DNA from: Selaginella moellendorffii
Lineage: Eukaryota; Plantae; Lycopodiophyta
Assembly (NCBI RefSeq): GCF_000143415.4
Contig: NW_003314329.1
Coordinates: 391,421 to 455,420 of the forward strand
DNA: 64,000 bases
Reading direction: 5' to 3'
How positions within the stretch are numbered: position 1 is the first letter of the stretch; every line of letters begins with the position of its first letter. The position numbers and the translations under genes were made by a program. Positions 11,116 to 22,144 of the stretch are shown here, piece by piece. Under the pieces are notes generated by a model. That model saw nothing but the letters and a program-made list of their open reading frames with translations. It searched no databases and had not been told where the DNA came from.

Positions 11116-12714
11116 TGTGAGACACAAATCCCTAAGCCCCAAAGTGGAGCCGAAAGGGTGCCACGTGGTAGTGGCTGAAGCAAAAGCCAAACGAGCGTAA
11201 CACGTTTGGACTAAAAGGCTCCGATTTGAAAGGTTGAGAGCAGAGTGGAACTTCCAATGGAGTGCTCAAGGAACAAGCATGAAGCGAGCAATAAGCGAGG
11301 CTCCAAAAAGGGACCCAAAAGAACCAACACATGACACGTGGAAGTGTCCGAGATGGAGTCTGAGATGGAGTCCGGGATGGACCGAGATGGAGTCCGAGAT
11401 GGACCCGAGATGGAGTCCGAGATAGACCCGAGATGGAGTCTGAGATGGACTGAAACGGAGTCCGAGATGGAGTCCGGGATGGACCGAAATGGAGTCCGAG
11501 ATGGACCGAGACGGAGTCCGAGATGGACCCAAGATGGAGTCCGAGATGGACCCGAAATGGAGTCCGAGATGGACCCAAGATGGAGTCCGAGGTCGAGACC
11601 GAGACCAGGACCGAGATCGGGACCGAGACCGAGACCGAGACCAAGATCGGGACCGAGATCAAGACCAAGTCCAAGTCCGAGTCCGAGTTCGAGTCCGAGT
11701 CCGAGTTCGAGTCTGAGAGGGTGAAAGCCCAAAGCGTTCGTCTCCCAGACCCTGGGGGGTTTGGTGAGCTCCAAAAGTATAGTGAGGGGGAGGATTGCAG
11801 TGGAGCCAGTTTGGCCAGGAAAGGCCAGTTTGGCCCAGGAAGGCTGTACCCAGTGTTGGGTGATGAGTTGCCCACTGGGAAGTCCAAGACTAGAGTGAAC
11901 ACGGACCGACAAGCGGGGTAGTTTGGTGAATTGTTCAAGAGCCGGCTCTAGTTCCCCCGGGAGATCGACTGGCCAATGCTCCCAGTCCAAGTGTGGGTGG
12001 CACTACCTACTTGGATACCTGGCGTGGCTCAACGGAACCTCGCTCTAAGCCCATGGCTAGAGCACCCAAAGGTGGAAGGCGAGGAGAGTACCCACGAGGC
12101 TTGCGTATGGCCACGGTGTTCCAAAATGTTGTCCCAAAGGCCCAGACTGTGGAAAGGAAGAGGAGTAGTCCTCTGGTGTAGTGACCAAGGATACAGTTGT
12201 GCAATGAGGAAGTCCCAGAGGACTGTGGGACTTAATGGCTGGGCCTACGGGCCTTGATCTAGTGGCAGTATTGGTGAACATGGCCATGGGCGGAAAAGGG
12301 ACTTGGCAGGAACTGACAAAGGGATGTTGGGGAAAGCTATTCCCCATGTCTATGGGCATCCTAAGGATGCTAAGGAGTGGATCTAGGATGACCACTCGTG
12401 GATAGACAGCCTAGTCTTAGAGAGACGGGATTGTGATGCAAGTGGTATTGGACCATCAGTGTGGCAAAGGTGAATAGGTATGGCCTTAGCGTAATGGGCC
12501 AATATGTCAGTGGTACCTTTGGGTGTCGGTCTTGGGACTGGACACGTGGAGCACTTGGACCAAGTGCAAGGGAGGAGTGGCATGGATGCCATTCTCGGGA
12601 CTACTAAGTCCCAAGTCCTGAATTGGACTTAAGGAGGTTGTGAATAAGACTCTTCTAAAGGGTCAGAGGTGTGGTTAAGTGACAAAAGTAGAATGGAAAA
12701 TTTACTCACTTCCA
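11116..12714 (+). repeat. 3' LTR (~1.6 kb) with a shorter version of the tandem array (~11348-11716)
   Basis: Starts tgtgagacacaaatccc and ends ...cacttcca, followed by TSD gatag. Confidence 0.92.
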
Positions 12715-12736
12715 GATAGTTAGATTTCAGTAGGGC

Positions 12737-14529
12737 ATGACAGTAGGCATCGATCGTAGCAAGTGCAAGACCCCTGCACACGGCACAAGAAGTTCACCAT
12801 AGGATCAGGCCCCTCCTCAAGTGTGACGATGTTTTCCTTTTGAATCATGTATGGGAAATGTGGGAGCGTGGATCTCGTGCGTCAGATCTTCGATGCGAGC
12901 GTCGTGAAAGATTCTTTCACCTGGAATCTCATGCTCACTGCCTACTGCAGCAACGGGCACATCCACAAGGCCAAGAACGTCTACGATTCGATGCCCAGGT
13001 GGAACATTGTCTCCTGCAATTGTATGCCCACGGCATATGCCCAAAACAGGCATATTCAGGAGGCCACGAGGTTCTTTTTCGTTTTAATGCAAGGCCGGGA
13101 TATTGTTTCCTGGAATGCTATCTTTTCTGCATATGCGCACAATGGGTATCTGGAAGATGCCAAACAAATTTTTGAATTCATGCCAAAGTGGAACCTCTTG
13201 TCATGGACTGCCATGGTTGCAGTATATCCACAGCTAGGATTCTTTAATCACGCAAGGCGAATACTGGAAACTATGCCAGAACAAGATCTCATTTCGTTGA
13301 CGGCCATGATTTCTGCTTATGCCCAAAACGGACACGTGGCAGAAGCGAAGCGGCTGTTTTACGAGGACATTCCGCAGCATAATCTTGTATCGTGGAATGC
13401 CATGGTCGCGACGTGTAGCTGGAATGTCCGGGAGGCGAAAGAGGTATTTGATTCCGCCCCGGAAAGGGACACGGTGACGTGGAATGCTATGCTTTTGGCC
13501 TATGCCCATTGCGGGCATCTTCAGGACACGGTGGACGTTTTTTGCCATGCCACAGTGAAACGTGGTTTCGTGGAACGCCATGTTGGATTCTTACGTGGAA
13601 AACCACGAGTGGATGGAAGCAAAAGCTTTGTTTGAGAAAATGCCCAAGTGGAACATTGTATCATGGACGTCTATGCTATCGATATGTGCCGCAAATGGGC
13701 ATATTGACGATGCTAAGGCAGTCTTTGACACAATGCCAGAAAGAAACATTATCTCTTGGAACACCATGCTAGGTGCATTTGTGCAGAAACAATGCTTAGA
13801 ATATGCCAAGAGCTTCTTTGACTCAATGCCAGAGCATGATACTGTATCTTGGAACATTATTGTAGCCGCATATGCTGAAAAAGGGCATCTTGAACAGAAG
13901 CTAGCAATGGATATGCCACAGAGAACCTTGGCATCCTCAAACGCGTTGCTGTGTGGATATTCCCAAATCGGGCATATGGAGGAGGCTTGGCAAGCCTTCC
14001 ATACCGTGCTCGAGCGTGATGTAGTGACGTGGACAGCCATGCTGGCGGCATATGCTCAGAATGGGAACCTCGGGCTGAGCAGGAGGATCTTTGACGCGAT
14101 GCCCGCCAGGAATGTGGTGACGTGGAGCGCCCTGATTGCTGGCTACGCCCAGAACGGGCAGCCCAGGACCACGCTGGAGCTCTTTCACGTGTCTGTGCTT
14201 TTCATCTCGATCATGCTGTCGTCCAGCCATGCTGGCAAGCTTGACGCTTGCCGGGCATCCCTCGTGGCCATGACACTGGACTATGACATGAGGCCGGAAA
14301 GCCAGCACTACTCGTGCATGGTGGATGTGTTAAGCAGGGCGGGCCATTTGGAAGATGCCAAGGACTTGATTGTGAATATGCCCTATTTGCCCCATGCAGC
14401 ATATTGGAGGAGCCTCCTAGGCGCTTGCAGCAGGAGTGGCGATGGGAATGGTGCTGCCGCTGCCAAGAGCGTGCTCGATCTGGAATGTAGGGATGGAGCA
14501 GGATACATGCTTCTGGCCAATGCCTACAG
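12737..14529 (+). pseudogene. PLS/SS-class PPR pseudogene (E-type end); the last codons continue at 19439-19446 beyond the gypsy insertion
   Basis: PPR motifs (VSWNAML..Y, FDSMPE.D.VSW) are split over ORFs 12847..13635 and 13562..14572 by a frameshift. There is an in-frame TGA just before MYGKCG and an E-domain motif HYSCMVDVLSRAGHL. Confidence 0.88.
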
Positions 14530-14836
14530 TGTTATGATCCGGCGCAAAAAGACAAAGATCTCGTTGCCCTAGACTATGCTACGCCACCTCTTGAGGTTCC
14601 TCACCACCCAACCACCCCTGAGCTACCTCAAAAGCTCCACTGCGCCGCCACTCCACCGTGAGCCCTAGGGTAGGTTAAGTCCCTTACCCTAACATGCCTT
14701 AATATACCCTTGAGCCTCCCTTTGACCGACGTTGACCACGTAGTCAAAGCTAGCGCCTAACAATTCTTCCCCCCCAACAAAGTCCTTGTCCCAAGGACGA
14801 GTTGTACCAGTGATCACCCTTTCTGGGGAATCCTGC

Positions 14837-15805
14837 TCAAGCTCCTGGTCCATCTTCCACAGCCGTATACATCAAGGAGGCATTGGGCCCGTCACTCCGA
14901 GATAGTACACCTTTCAACTGGCTGACATAAAATACCGGATGAATTTTCACCCCAGCTGGCAGCCGCACCCGATAAGCCGCTTTACCAATGCGCTCCAACA
15001 CTTCATATGGACCAGCATATCGATGGGAGAGTTTATCACTCTTCCCTATCCGTAAAGGCACCAAGGTGTTCCGCCGCTCACTTGACGGAAAGATCACTCG
15101 CACAAAGACGAGATCACCCACCTTATATTCCCGGAATTGGCGATGCTCATTAGCAAACTTCTCCGCTCTATCTTGAGCTGCTTGCAAATTCTGTTTGCAC
15201 ACCACCAGAATCTCATCAAGTTCTGTGGCCAGATCAGTTGCCTCGGAATCAAGCTTTTCTTGAACGTCCTTACTCAAATGCAATCCCAACTCCACCGCTG
15301 TTCGAGGATGCCTTCCAAACATCGCAAAGTAAGGACTTAGCTTGGTTCCACTGTGTTGGCTATTGTTGTAAGCAAATTGCACCAACGGAAGATATAGATC
15401 CCATTGTCCTTGCCTTTGACCAATGCTACAACATAGCATATCCTCCACCACTTGATTCACACGCTCAGTTTGCCCATCCGTCTGAGGATGATCTCCACTC
15501 GAGAGTTTCAAAGTCACTTGCATAACCTTTGCAAAGCTTTTCCAAAATCCACTGGTGAACTTTGAATCTCGATCACTAATGATGTCCTCCGGCAAACCAA
15601 AATTAGGAAAAACCTTCTCCAAGTAAACCGCAGCCAAGTCTGAGGCAGTGACAGTCTTCCGAAGAGCCAACAACCGCACATACTTCGTCAACCGATCCAC
15701 TATGACCCATACTTGCTCCTTTTGCCTCTGTGTTCGTGGCAAACAAGTGGTGAAGTCCATAGAGATACTACACCAACGGCTCTGAGGAATAGGTAAAGGT
15801 TGCAA
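14837..15805 (-). pseudogene. Gypsy integrase core and GPY/F module (frameshifted from RT-RH)
   Basis: ISMDF...IISDRDSKFTS...HPQTDGQTERVNQ and RYAGPYEVL motifs; no chromodomain recognised. Confidence 0.93.
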
Positions 15806-18091
15806 AAGTCCCCCCCGGCTTCTCCCGTGGCACCTTAACCCGCTGATAAAGCTCGCATGATTTACAATACTTGAGGATATCAGCCTTCATATTCCTCCAA
15901 TAAAAGTTGCGCTTAATCAACTCATACGTCTTCTTCCCCCCAAAATGACCGGCCTCTGGACGATCATGATAGTGGAATAAAACTTGAGTAATTAACGCAT
16001 CCACCTGTGGCAAATAGACACGGCCATTATAGTAGAGAATCCCATCCACCAATGAGAAAGGGGCTTCCATCTGGGCTCGCAAAGAGGCTACCTCAACATC
16101 CTGAGCCTGAGCATGCTCAACCAATTGCCCAAACTCGCTGACCATCTTACTCAAATGATGACAAAATCGTGTTCGTAACGTTGTCACATGACGAACACGA
16201 GATAAAGCATCCGCCACCACATTTGATTTTCCCGGACGATGCTCAATAGGAAACTCCCCAAACTCCATGAGTTTGACCATCCAATGAGCTTGCCTAGTGT
16301 TCAACTCCTTCTGTGTGAAAAGATACACAAGTGGTTTGTGATCTGTCAACACCACGAACACTGCACCATAAAGATAGTGCCGCCACGTCCGCAAAGCATG
16401 AACAATAGAGAGTAACTCTTGCTCATATGTGGAATAGCGTTGCTCTGCGGAATTCAAAGTTCGACTCTCATATGCAATAGTCTGTCCCTTTTGCATGAGA
16501 ACTCCTCCCAGTGCATAACCACTCGCATCGCATGTCACCTCGTAAGGTTTCGATGGATCAGCAATGCGAAGCACTGGAGCCTTGCTCAACAATCGTTTCA
16601 GCGCCACAAAACTCTCCTCTTGTGGCGTCTTCCACTCAAATGGCACATTCTTACGTAACAACCGCGTCAAAGGAATAGCCACCTCTGCAAACTTATGTTG
16701 GAAACGTCGGTAGTAACTAGCCATACCAAGAAAACTGCGCAACTTAGCCACTGTAGTCGGTGTAGGCCAGTTTTCCACCACAGCCACCTTCCTTGGATCC
16801 GTCTTGACACCCTTAGATGTCACAATATGGCCTAGATATTCCACCTCCGACTTTGCAAATTCACATTTGCTCTTCTTCGCATAAAGTTTGCTGTCTCGAA
16901 GTAACAAAAGAACCTTGCGCAAATGCACCCTATGCTCCTCCGTATTCTTGCTAAAAACAAGAATATCGTCCAAGAAAATCTCCACAAACTCATGAAGATA
17001 ACGCCCAAAGACCTCCGTCATCAACCGAGTAAATGTGGCTGGTGCATTCGTCAAACCAAACGGCATAACTGTAAACTCAAAATGTCCGAAGCTTGTGTTG
17101 AATGCCGTCTTGGAGATAATCATCCATTGCAATCTGATGATATCCACTCCTCAGATCAATCTTGGTAAACACTCGTGCTTCACCAAGCTTGTCTAGGATA
17201 TCATCTACACGTGGCATCGGCATCTTATCCTTCACTGTCTTCTTGTTCAAAGCGCGGTAGTCAATACACATTTGCATTGAACCGTCCTTCTTCTTCACAA
17301 GCAAGACTGGAGCACCAAATGGAGACTTACTTGGCTGAATGAATCCAAACTCAAGTAACTCCTTGACTTGTCGTTGAACTTCTTGCTCCTCCGCATAACT
17401 TAACCGAAATGGACGCCAGTAAATTGGCCGCGTCCCCGGCTCCAATGTAATCCCATGCTCCACACCTCGTAATGGAGGCAATCCATGAGGAAGTTCAGAT
17501 GGAAAAACATCAGAAAACTCGTCGAGTACATCCCGTAACTGCGGACATTCAGCCTTGTAGTGTCCAAGTTCGCCGCAATGATGACAACCCTGTCTATAAT
17601 TCTTCACAAAGCATTTCTGCTTCTTGGACCCCTTTGCATTAGAAGTAGTCACCACCGACTTCAACTTGTGATGCTTGTTCCCATCCTTGTTACCACGGCG
17701 ATCATCACAACGATTCTCGACACGCTTAATGCTCCACTTTATCTCTGGATCCACCTTCACCAACCATGGCATCCCAAGGATGAGATCCACACGATGGATA
17801 TCCGCGNNNNNNNNNNNNNNNNNNNNNNNNNNNNNNNNNNNNNNNNNNNNNNNNNNNNNNNNNNNNNNNNNNNNNNNNNNNNNNNNNNNNNNNNNNNNNN
17901 NNNNNNNNNNNNNNNNNNNNNNNNNNNNNNNNNNNNNNNNNNNNNNNNNNNNNNNNNNNNNNNNNNNNNNNNNNNCGCTCCCACTATCCAATAAAATCCG
18001 CACTGGATCGCCACGGAACACGCCCTCCAGCATTAAAGCTGATTCACGCATATCCTCGAGCTCCATCTTGTTCCACACACAGTTGAGTTGA
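15768..18091 (-). pseudogene. Gypsy protease, reverse transcriptase, RNase H and integrase HHCC region (frameshift near 17120; N gap 17807-17975)
   Basis: LLDSGS protease motif; [38 protein letters not shown]; RNase H CDASGYALG, TDHKPL; H..PEAGH...C. Confidence 0.93.
17807..17975. other. Assembly gap (169 N)
   Basis: Run of n characters. Confidence 1.
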
Positions 18092-18098
18092 CGAGCAA

Positions 18099-19177
18099 TA
18101 ACCGAATGGACGCCAGTAAATTGGCCGCGTCCCCGGCTCCAATGTAATCCCATGCTCCACACCTCGTAATGGAGGCAATCCATGAGGAAGTTCAGATGGA
18201 AAAACATCAGAAAACTCGTCGAGTACATCCCGTAACTGCGGACAATCAGCCTTGTAGTGTCCAAGTTCGCCGCAATGATGACAACCCTGTCTATAATTCT
18301 TCACAAAGAACTTCTGCTTCTTGGACCCCTTTGCATCTGAAGTAGTCACCACCGACTTCAACTTGTGATGCTTGTTCCCATCCTTGTGTCCACGGCGATC
18401 ATCACAACGATTCTCGACAGAAGGACTCCGCGAACGCTTGCGAGACTTGTGCTTGTCATTGTCAAGTCGACGAGCCGCATCAAAGAGCTCCTCCAAACTC
18501 TTTGTAGGCTGAGAATGACGCAAGTGTTGCCGCATGCTCTCACTATGTAGGCCATCAATGAAGTAGGACTTGTTCTGATCTGGATCCTTCGTTGGAACAC
18601 GACTAATCAAGCGAGTAAGCTTCTCAATATAATCCCCGAGCGTCATTTTCCCTTGCTGGAAATGGCGAAGTTCTGTACGAGCATTCTCCACGTCGTAATG
18701 AGGGGCAAAACGTAAACGGAAAGCAGCCTCAAACTCATCCATGGTAGACACTGGTGGTTTCTTATCCACAACACGGGACTCCTCAAGCCAATTCCACCAT
18801 CGAAGACCCGCATCACGCAAAACCATCGGAATAGCCACTAAAGCCTCTGCATCTGGAGTTCCTCTAGCAGCCAAAAACTTCTTCACATTGGCTAGCCAAG
18901 CAAGACACTCGTCCACACCACCATCACTGGAAAAGGTTGGAATCTTGAGTCGATCTACCAAAGAAGGTTTACTTGGAGCGCTACCCCGTCCAGCCTCGAG
19001 TGCCTCAACACGCCCACGCATGGTATCCATCATGCCATGCATCTCGTCTTGCATCTCTTACTGATTTTTATTAAGGGCTCGCAGCTCATGAACCACATCT
19101 TGAATGGTCCAAATCTCCGCAGCTTCGTCGGCACCACCATCGACAATAGGATTCCAGCGTTCAGCTTGGTCGGCCAT
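18099..19177 (-). pseudogene. Gypsy gag with CCHC zinc knuckle; in-frame TAA ~39 codons after the ATG at 19177
   Basis: KIPTFS..., ELRHFQQG...[20 protein letters not shown]; the ATG lies 10 nt from the PBS. Confidence 0.88.
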
Positions 19178-20143
19178 CGCAACCAATGCTCTGATACCAA
19201 TGTTATGATCCGGCGCAAAAAGACAAAGATCTCATTGCCCTAGACTATGCTACGCCACCTCTTGAGGTTCCTCACCACCCAACCACCCCCGAGCTACCTC
19301 AAAAGCTCCACTGCGCCGCCGCTCCACCGTGAGCCCTAGGGTAGGTTAAGTCCCTTACCCTAACATGCCTTAATATACCCTTGAGCCTCCCTTTGACCGA
19401 CGTTGACCACGTAGTCAAAGCTGGCACCTAACATACAGCATGTGATGCACTATCATTCGATCTCAATAAAAGAAAAAAAACTAATTTGATATTGCAAGTA
19501 CTGAAAGATAGTTCTTTAAAGAACTTCTTACCATATTTTGTTGGAGCATACTGATGCCAATGGAAAGTAAACCTGCTAACTACTAAAGCATATTCGTACT
19601 TACAAGTAAAAATTGATTACTCCCTATTAATCTTATAAAAAATACGAAACACTTTAAACCTGGTTTATTGTAGCTATCCGTTGGAGTATTTCTCAAAAAC
19701 TAAGAAGGATTAGCCAATCGCCCCATTTGTGAATCAACTCTAGCTCCTGGGAGATTTTATTGGAGATGAATCGCCTGGACTAGGTTGTGTTGCCGCAACA
19801 ATGTGAGGGTGAGGATTACAATGTGCCCAGCGGCAGGATTACACTGGCAAGTCTGCTCCACCTACATCAATTGTCACTTCGAGCAAGCAATTACTCCTGG
19901 ATCCACCCACATTGTCCTCATTGAAGCTCAAACATAGCAAATGTCACAAGAATGAATTTGTCATTGTTTGCTCTCTCTCTCTCTTACATCGTGTTCTGGA
20001 CTCTCAAATTAAACCTATTTGATGGCCCACTGTCATGTGAGTCGCTCTGAAAGTACAATTTTATCAAACCGTGTACCATGCATACTGCTCATATGGTGTG
20101 CTCAACCTGTCTGGCCCTATTCACTGTCATGTGAGTAATCAAA

Positions 20144-20567
20144 CCGTGTACCATGCATACTGCTCATATGGTGTGCTCAAACCTGTCTGGACTCTCAGAT
20201 TAAGCCCCATTGTATGCCCCGATGGCCAACTGTCATGTTTGATCGGGAGTTGCAATATTTACTCCGACAGCACAATTTTTTTTGTAACATGCATATGGTG
20301 TGCTCAACCTAACCCTATCGTATGCCTTTTCGAGTATTTAAATACTGCCCCTCCGTGTACCATGCATACTGCTCATATGGTGTGCTCAAACCTGTCTGGA
20401 CTCTCAGATTAAGCCCCATTGTATGCCCCGATGGCCAACTGTCATGTTTGATCGGGAGTTGCAATATTTACTCCGACAGCACAATTTTTTTTGTAACATG
20501 CATATGGTGTGCTCAACCTAACCCTATCGTATGCCTTTTCGAGTATTTAAATACTGCCCCTCCGTGT
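20144..20567 (+). repeat. Apparently perfect 209-bp tandem duplication upstream of the toxin gene, plus older partial copies at ~19995-20135
   Basis: Units start ccgtgtaccatgcatactgctc at 20144 and 20353, with a partial third start at 20562. Confidence 0.93.
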
Positions 20568-20650
20568 TGCTCAGCACACAGGATTTCATCTCATCTCAGA
20601 ATTTTTGTGTGACTTTTGTGATCTTACAGACTGTGCACTAGGCCCGCATC

Positions 20651-22144
20651 ATGGCCAAATTCGAGGTGGTATCTGCAGTTCCCACTCTTCCTCGCTACAT
20701 CTCCATCCAAGGCGACAACGGCCTCTACCTGGCTCTCAAATCGGATGGTCTGGTTTCCTTTGATGCTAAAGAGACGAACAACTTGACAACTTTTGAAGTC
20801 CTGTATGACGCTGATGGTGCCTTGCTCATTCGATCTTCTGCAAACCGCCGTTTCTGGAGACGTGACGCCTCAAACTACATCCGGGCAACTACCCTAAATG
20901 TCACTGATGCTGGTCGCTTCAAGGCTTCTAAGCTGGACACTGGCAATTTGGCCTTTCAGTCGACTAAAGATGATCTGTTCCTGAACCGCTATGCGAGACG
21001 TGTGGATGGCTACAATGCCCTGGAGACAGTCCCTAACCAGTGGACCGAAGTCCGCGTTACTGATGCAAGCGACTATGCTGTTCGTCTTCCAGATTACATC
21101 TGGCTGAAAGGAAACAACGGGAAGTATGTCCATCTGCATTACGAGCGAGATCTAAATTGGCTCAAATTCCATGGAGATTCTCCTTCTGATGACTGGGGCA
21201 CCAACCAAGTCATTCCATTGCTCGATGGGAGTGTTGCCCTGTACAATGTCAAGGCTGGAAAATTCTGGCGGAACAGTACCAATTGGATATGGGCAGATGT
21301 GAACAAGCAAGAGGATGCTGAAAGCAATCCGAGGTGCCATTTCGAGCCCCTCAAACTAGGCAGCGAGATAGTGGCCCTCAAGAACCAGTTCAATGGACTC
21401 TTCTGCAAGAGGCTAACTGACTATTGGCAGAGCTGCCTCAATGCTGGCACCGGTTCCCCCAATGACTCTGAAGCACGCCTTATAGTCGGTGATGCAACAG
21501 AGAAGAGGAGCATCTTCAATGTCAAGTACCTCATGAATCTGGCCACCACTAGTGACCAGAAACTCCAGCTGGTTGGTCGTGGCTCTGCGACAAACAATTC
21601 AAGCAACATGATGGACATGAACGTGGTGGTCACCCTTGAGAACAAAGTTTCAAAGAGTAGTACGTGGTCCAACTCCTTCACCTTCAGCCAAAAGGTGACC
21701 ACAACCTTCAAATGTGGCGTTCCTTTCATTGGCAATGCTGAGATTGGCGTGGAGATTGGTACTGAGCAGACCTTTGGGCATGAGTGGGGTGAGACTACTG
21801 AAGAAACTGTCCAATTTCAGACTGGGTACCTTGTGAAAGATATTGGACCTGGCCAGATGGTAAGTGTTTTTTTTTTGTTTGCAAAACCCTTGGATTTTAC
21901 AAATCTAGTTTTTAAGCAGGCTTCAGTGACTGTGACATGTTCAACTGCTAAGATACGGATCCCCTTCACGTATAAGTGCAAAGATACTGCCCTTGGAGGC
22001 TATGATCGAGGGACTGTGGACTACATTGATGGTGTTTACGAAGGAGTGGCGGCATATGATACTAGAGCCAAGGTTAGCAATGGAGGGATGGTAAATGAAG
22101 TCAAACTGCGTGCAGATGAAGAGGGCCGAGCATTTATTCTCTAG
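20651..22144 (+). CDS. Amaranthin-like lectin (two beta-trefoil agglutinin domains) fused to an aerolysin-type pore-forming domain (Hfr-2-like); probable 60-nt intron 21860-21919
   Basis: Two agglutinin starts (LPRYISIQGDNGLYL and LPDYIWLKGNNGKYV) and FWRR/FWRNSTNWIWAD...NGLFCKRL motifs. The Ser/Thr-rich C-terminus has an amphipathic hairpin (TTTFKCGVPFIGNAEIGVEIG) and IPFTY. No signal peptide. Confidence 0.9.
   Translation: MAKFEVVSAVPTLPRYISIQGDNGLYLALKSDGLVSFDAKETNNLTTFEVLYDADGALLIRSSANRRFWRRDASNYIRATTLNVTDAGRFKASKLDTGNLAFQSTKDDLFLNRYARRVDGYNALETVPNQWTEVRVTDASDYAVRLPDYIWLKGNNGKYVHLHYERDLNWLKFHGDSPSDDWGTNQVIPLLDGSVALYNVKAGKFWRNSTNWIWADVNKQEDAESNPRCHFEPLKLGSEIVALKNQFNGLFCKRLTDYWQSCLNAGTGSPNDSEARLIVGDATEKRSIFNVKYLMNLATTSDQKLQLVGRGSATNNSSNMMDMNVVVTLENKVSKSSTWSNSFTFSQKVTTTFKCGVPFIGNAEIGVEIGTEQTFGHEWGETTEETVQFQTGYLVKDIGPGQMVSVFFLFAKPLDFTNLVFKQASVTVTCSTAKIRIPFTYKCKDTALGGYDRGTVDYIDGVYEGVAAYDTRAKVSNGGMVNEVKLRADEEGRAFIL

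Larger units (their letters stand above)
5286..12714 (+). mobile_element. Complete but non-coding LTR retroelement (LARD-like or heavily decayed), 7.4 kb
   Basis: TG...CA LTRs at 5286-7132 and 11116-12714; 5-bp TSD GATAG (5281-5285, 12715-12719); PBS-like tggtaacggagc after the left LTR; purine-rich gggtggtggag before the right LTR. The empty site is visible at ~23460. No intact gag/pol ORF inside. Confidence 0.93.
3209..12759 (+). repeat. Copy A of a ~2.1 kb segmental duplication (3209-5285 + 12720-12759, split by the LTR element)
   Basis: Near-identical to 21387-23504 (offset 18178). Homology resumes exactly after the GATAG TSD and ends at ...ggcatcgatcgtag. Confidence 0.93.
14530..19433 (-). 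mobile_element. Ty3/gypsy LTR retrotransposon, 4.9 kb, defective
   Basis: 233-bp TG...CA LTRs (14530-14762, 19201-19433; ~5 transitions apart); TSD TACAG (14525-14529, 19434-19438); iMet PBS tggtatcagagc (19188-19199, minus); PPT gggggggaagaat (14763-14775, minus); domain order gag-PR-RT-RH-INT. Confidence 0.97.

Noticed and set aside
20071-20612. Cys-rich ORFs 20071..20412 and 20322..20612
   Set aside because: Products of the 209-bp tandem repeat with non-ATG or arbitrary starts.
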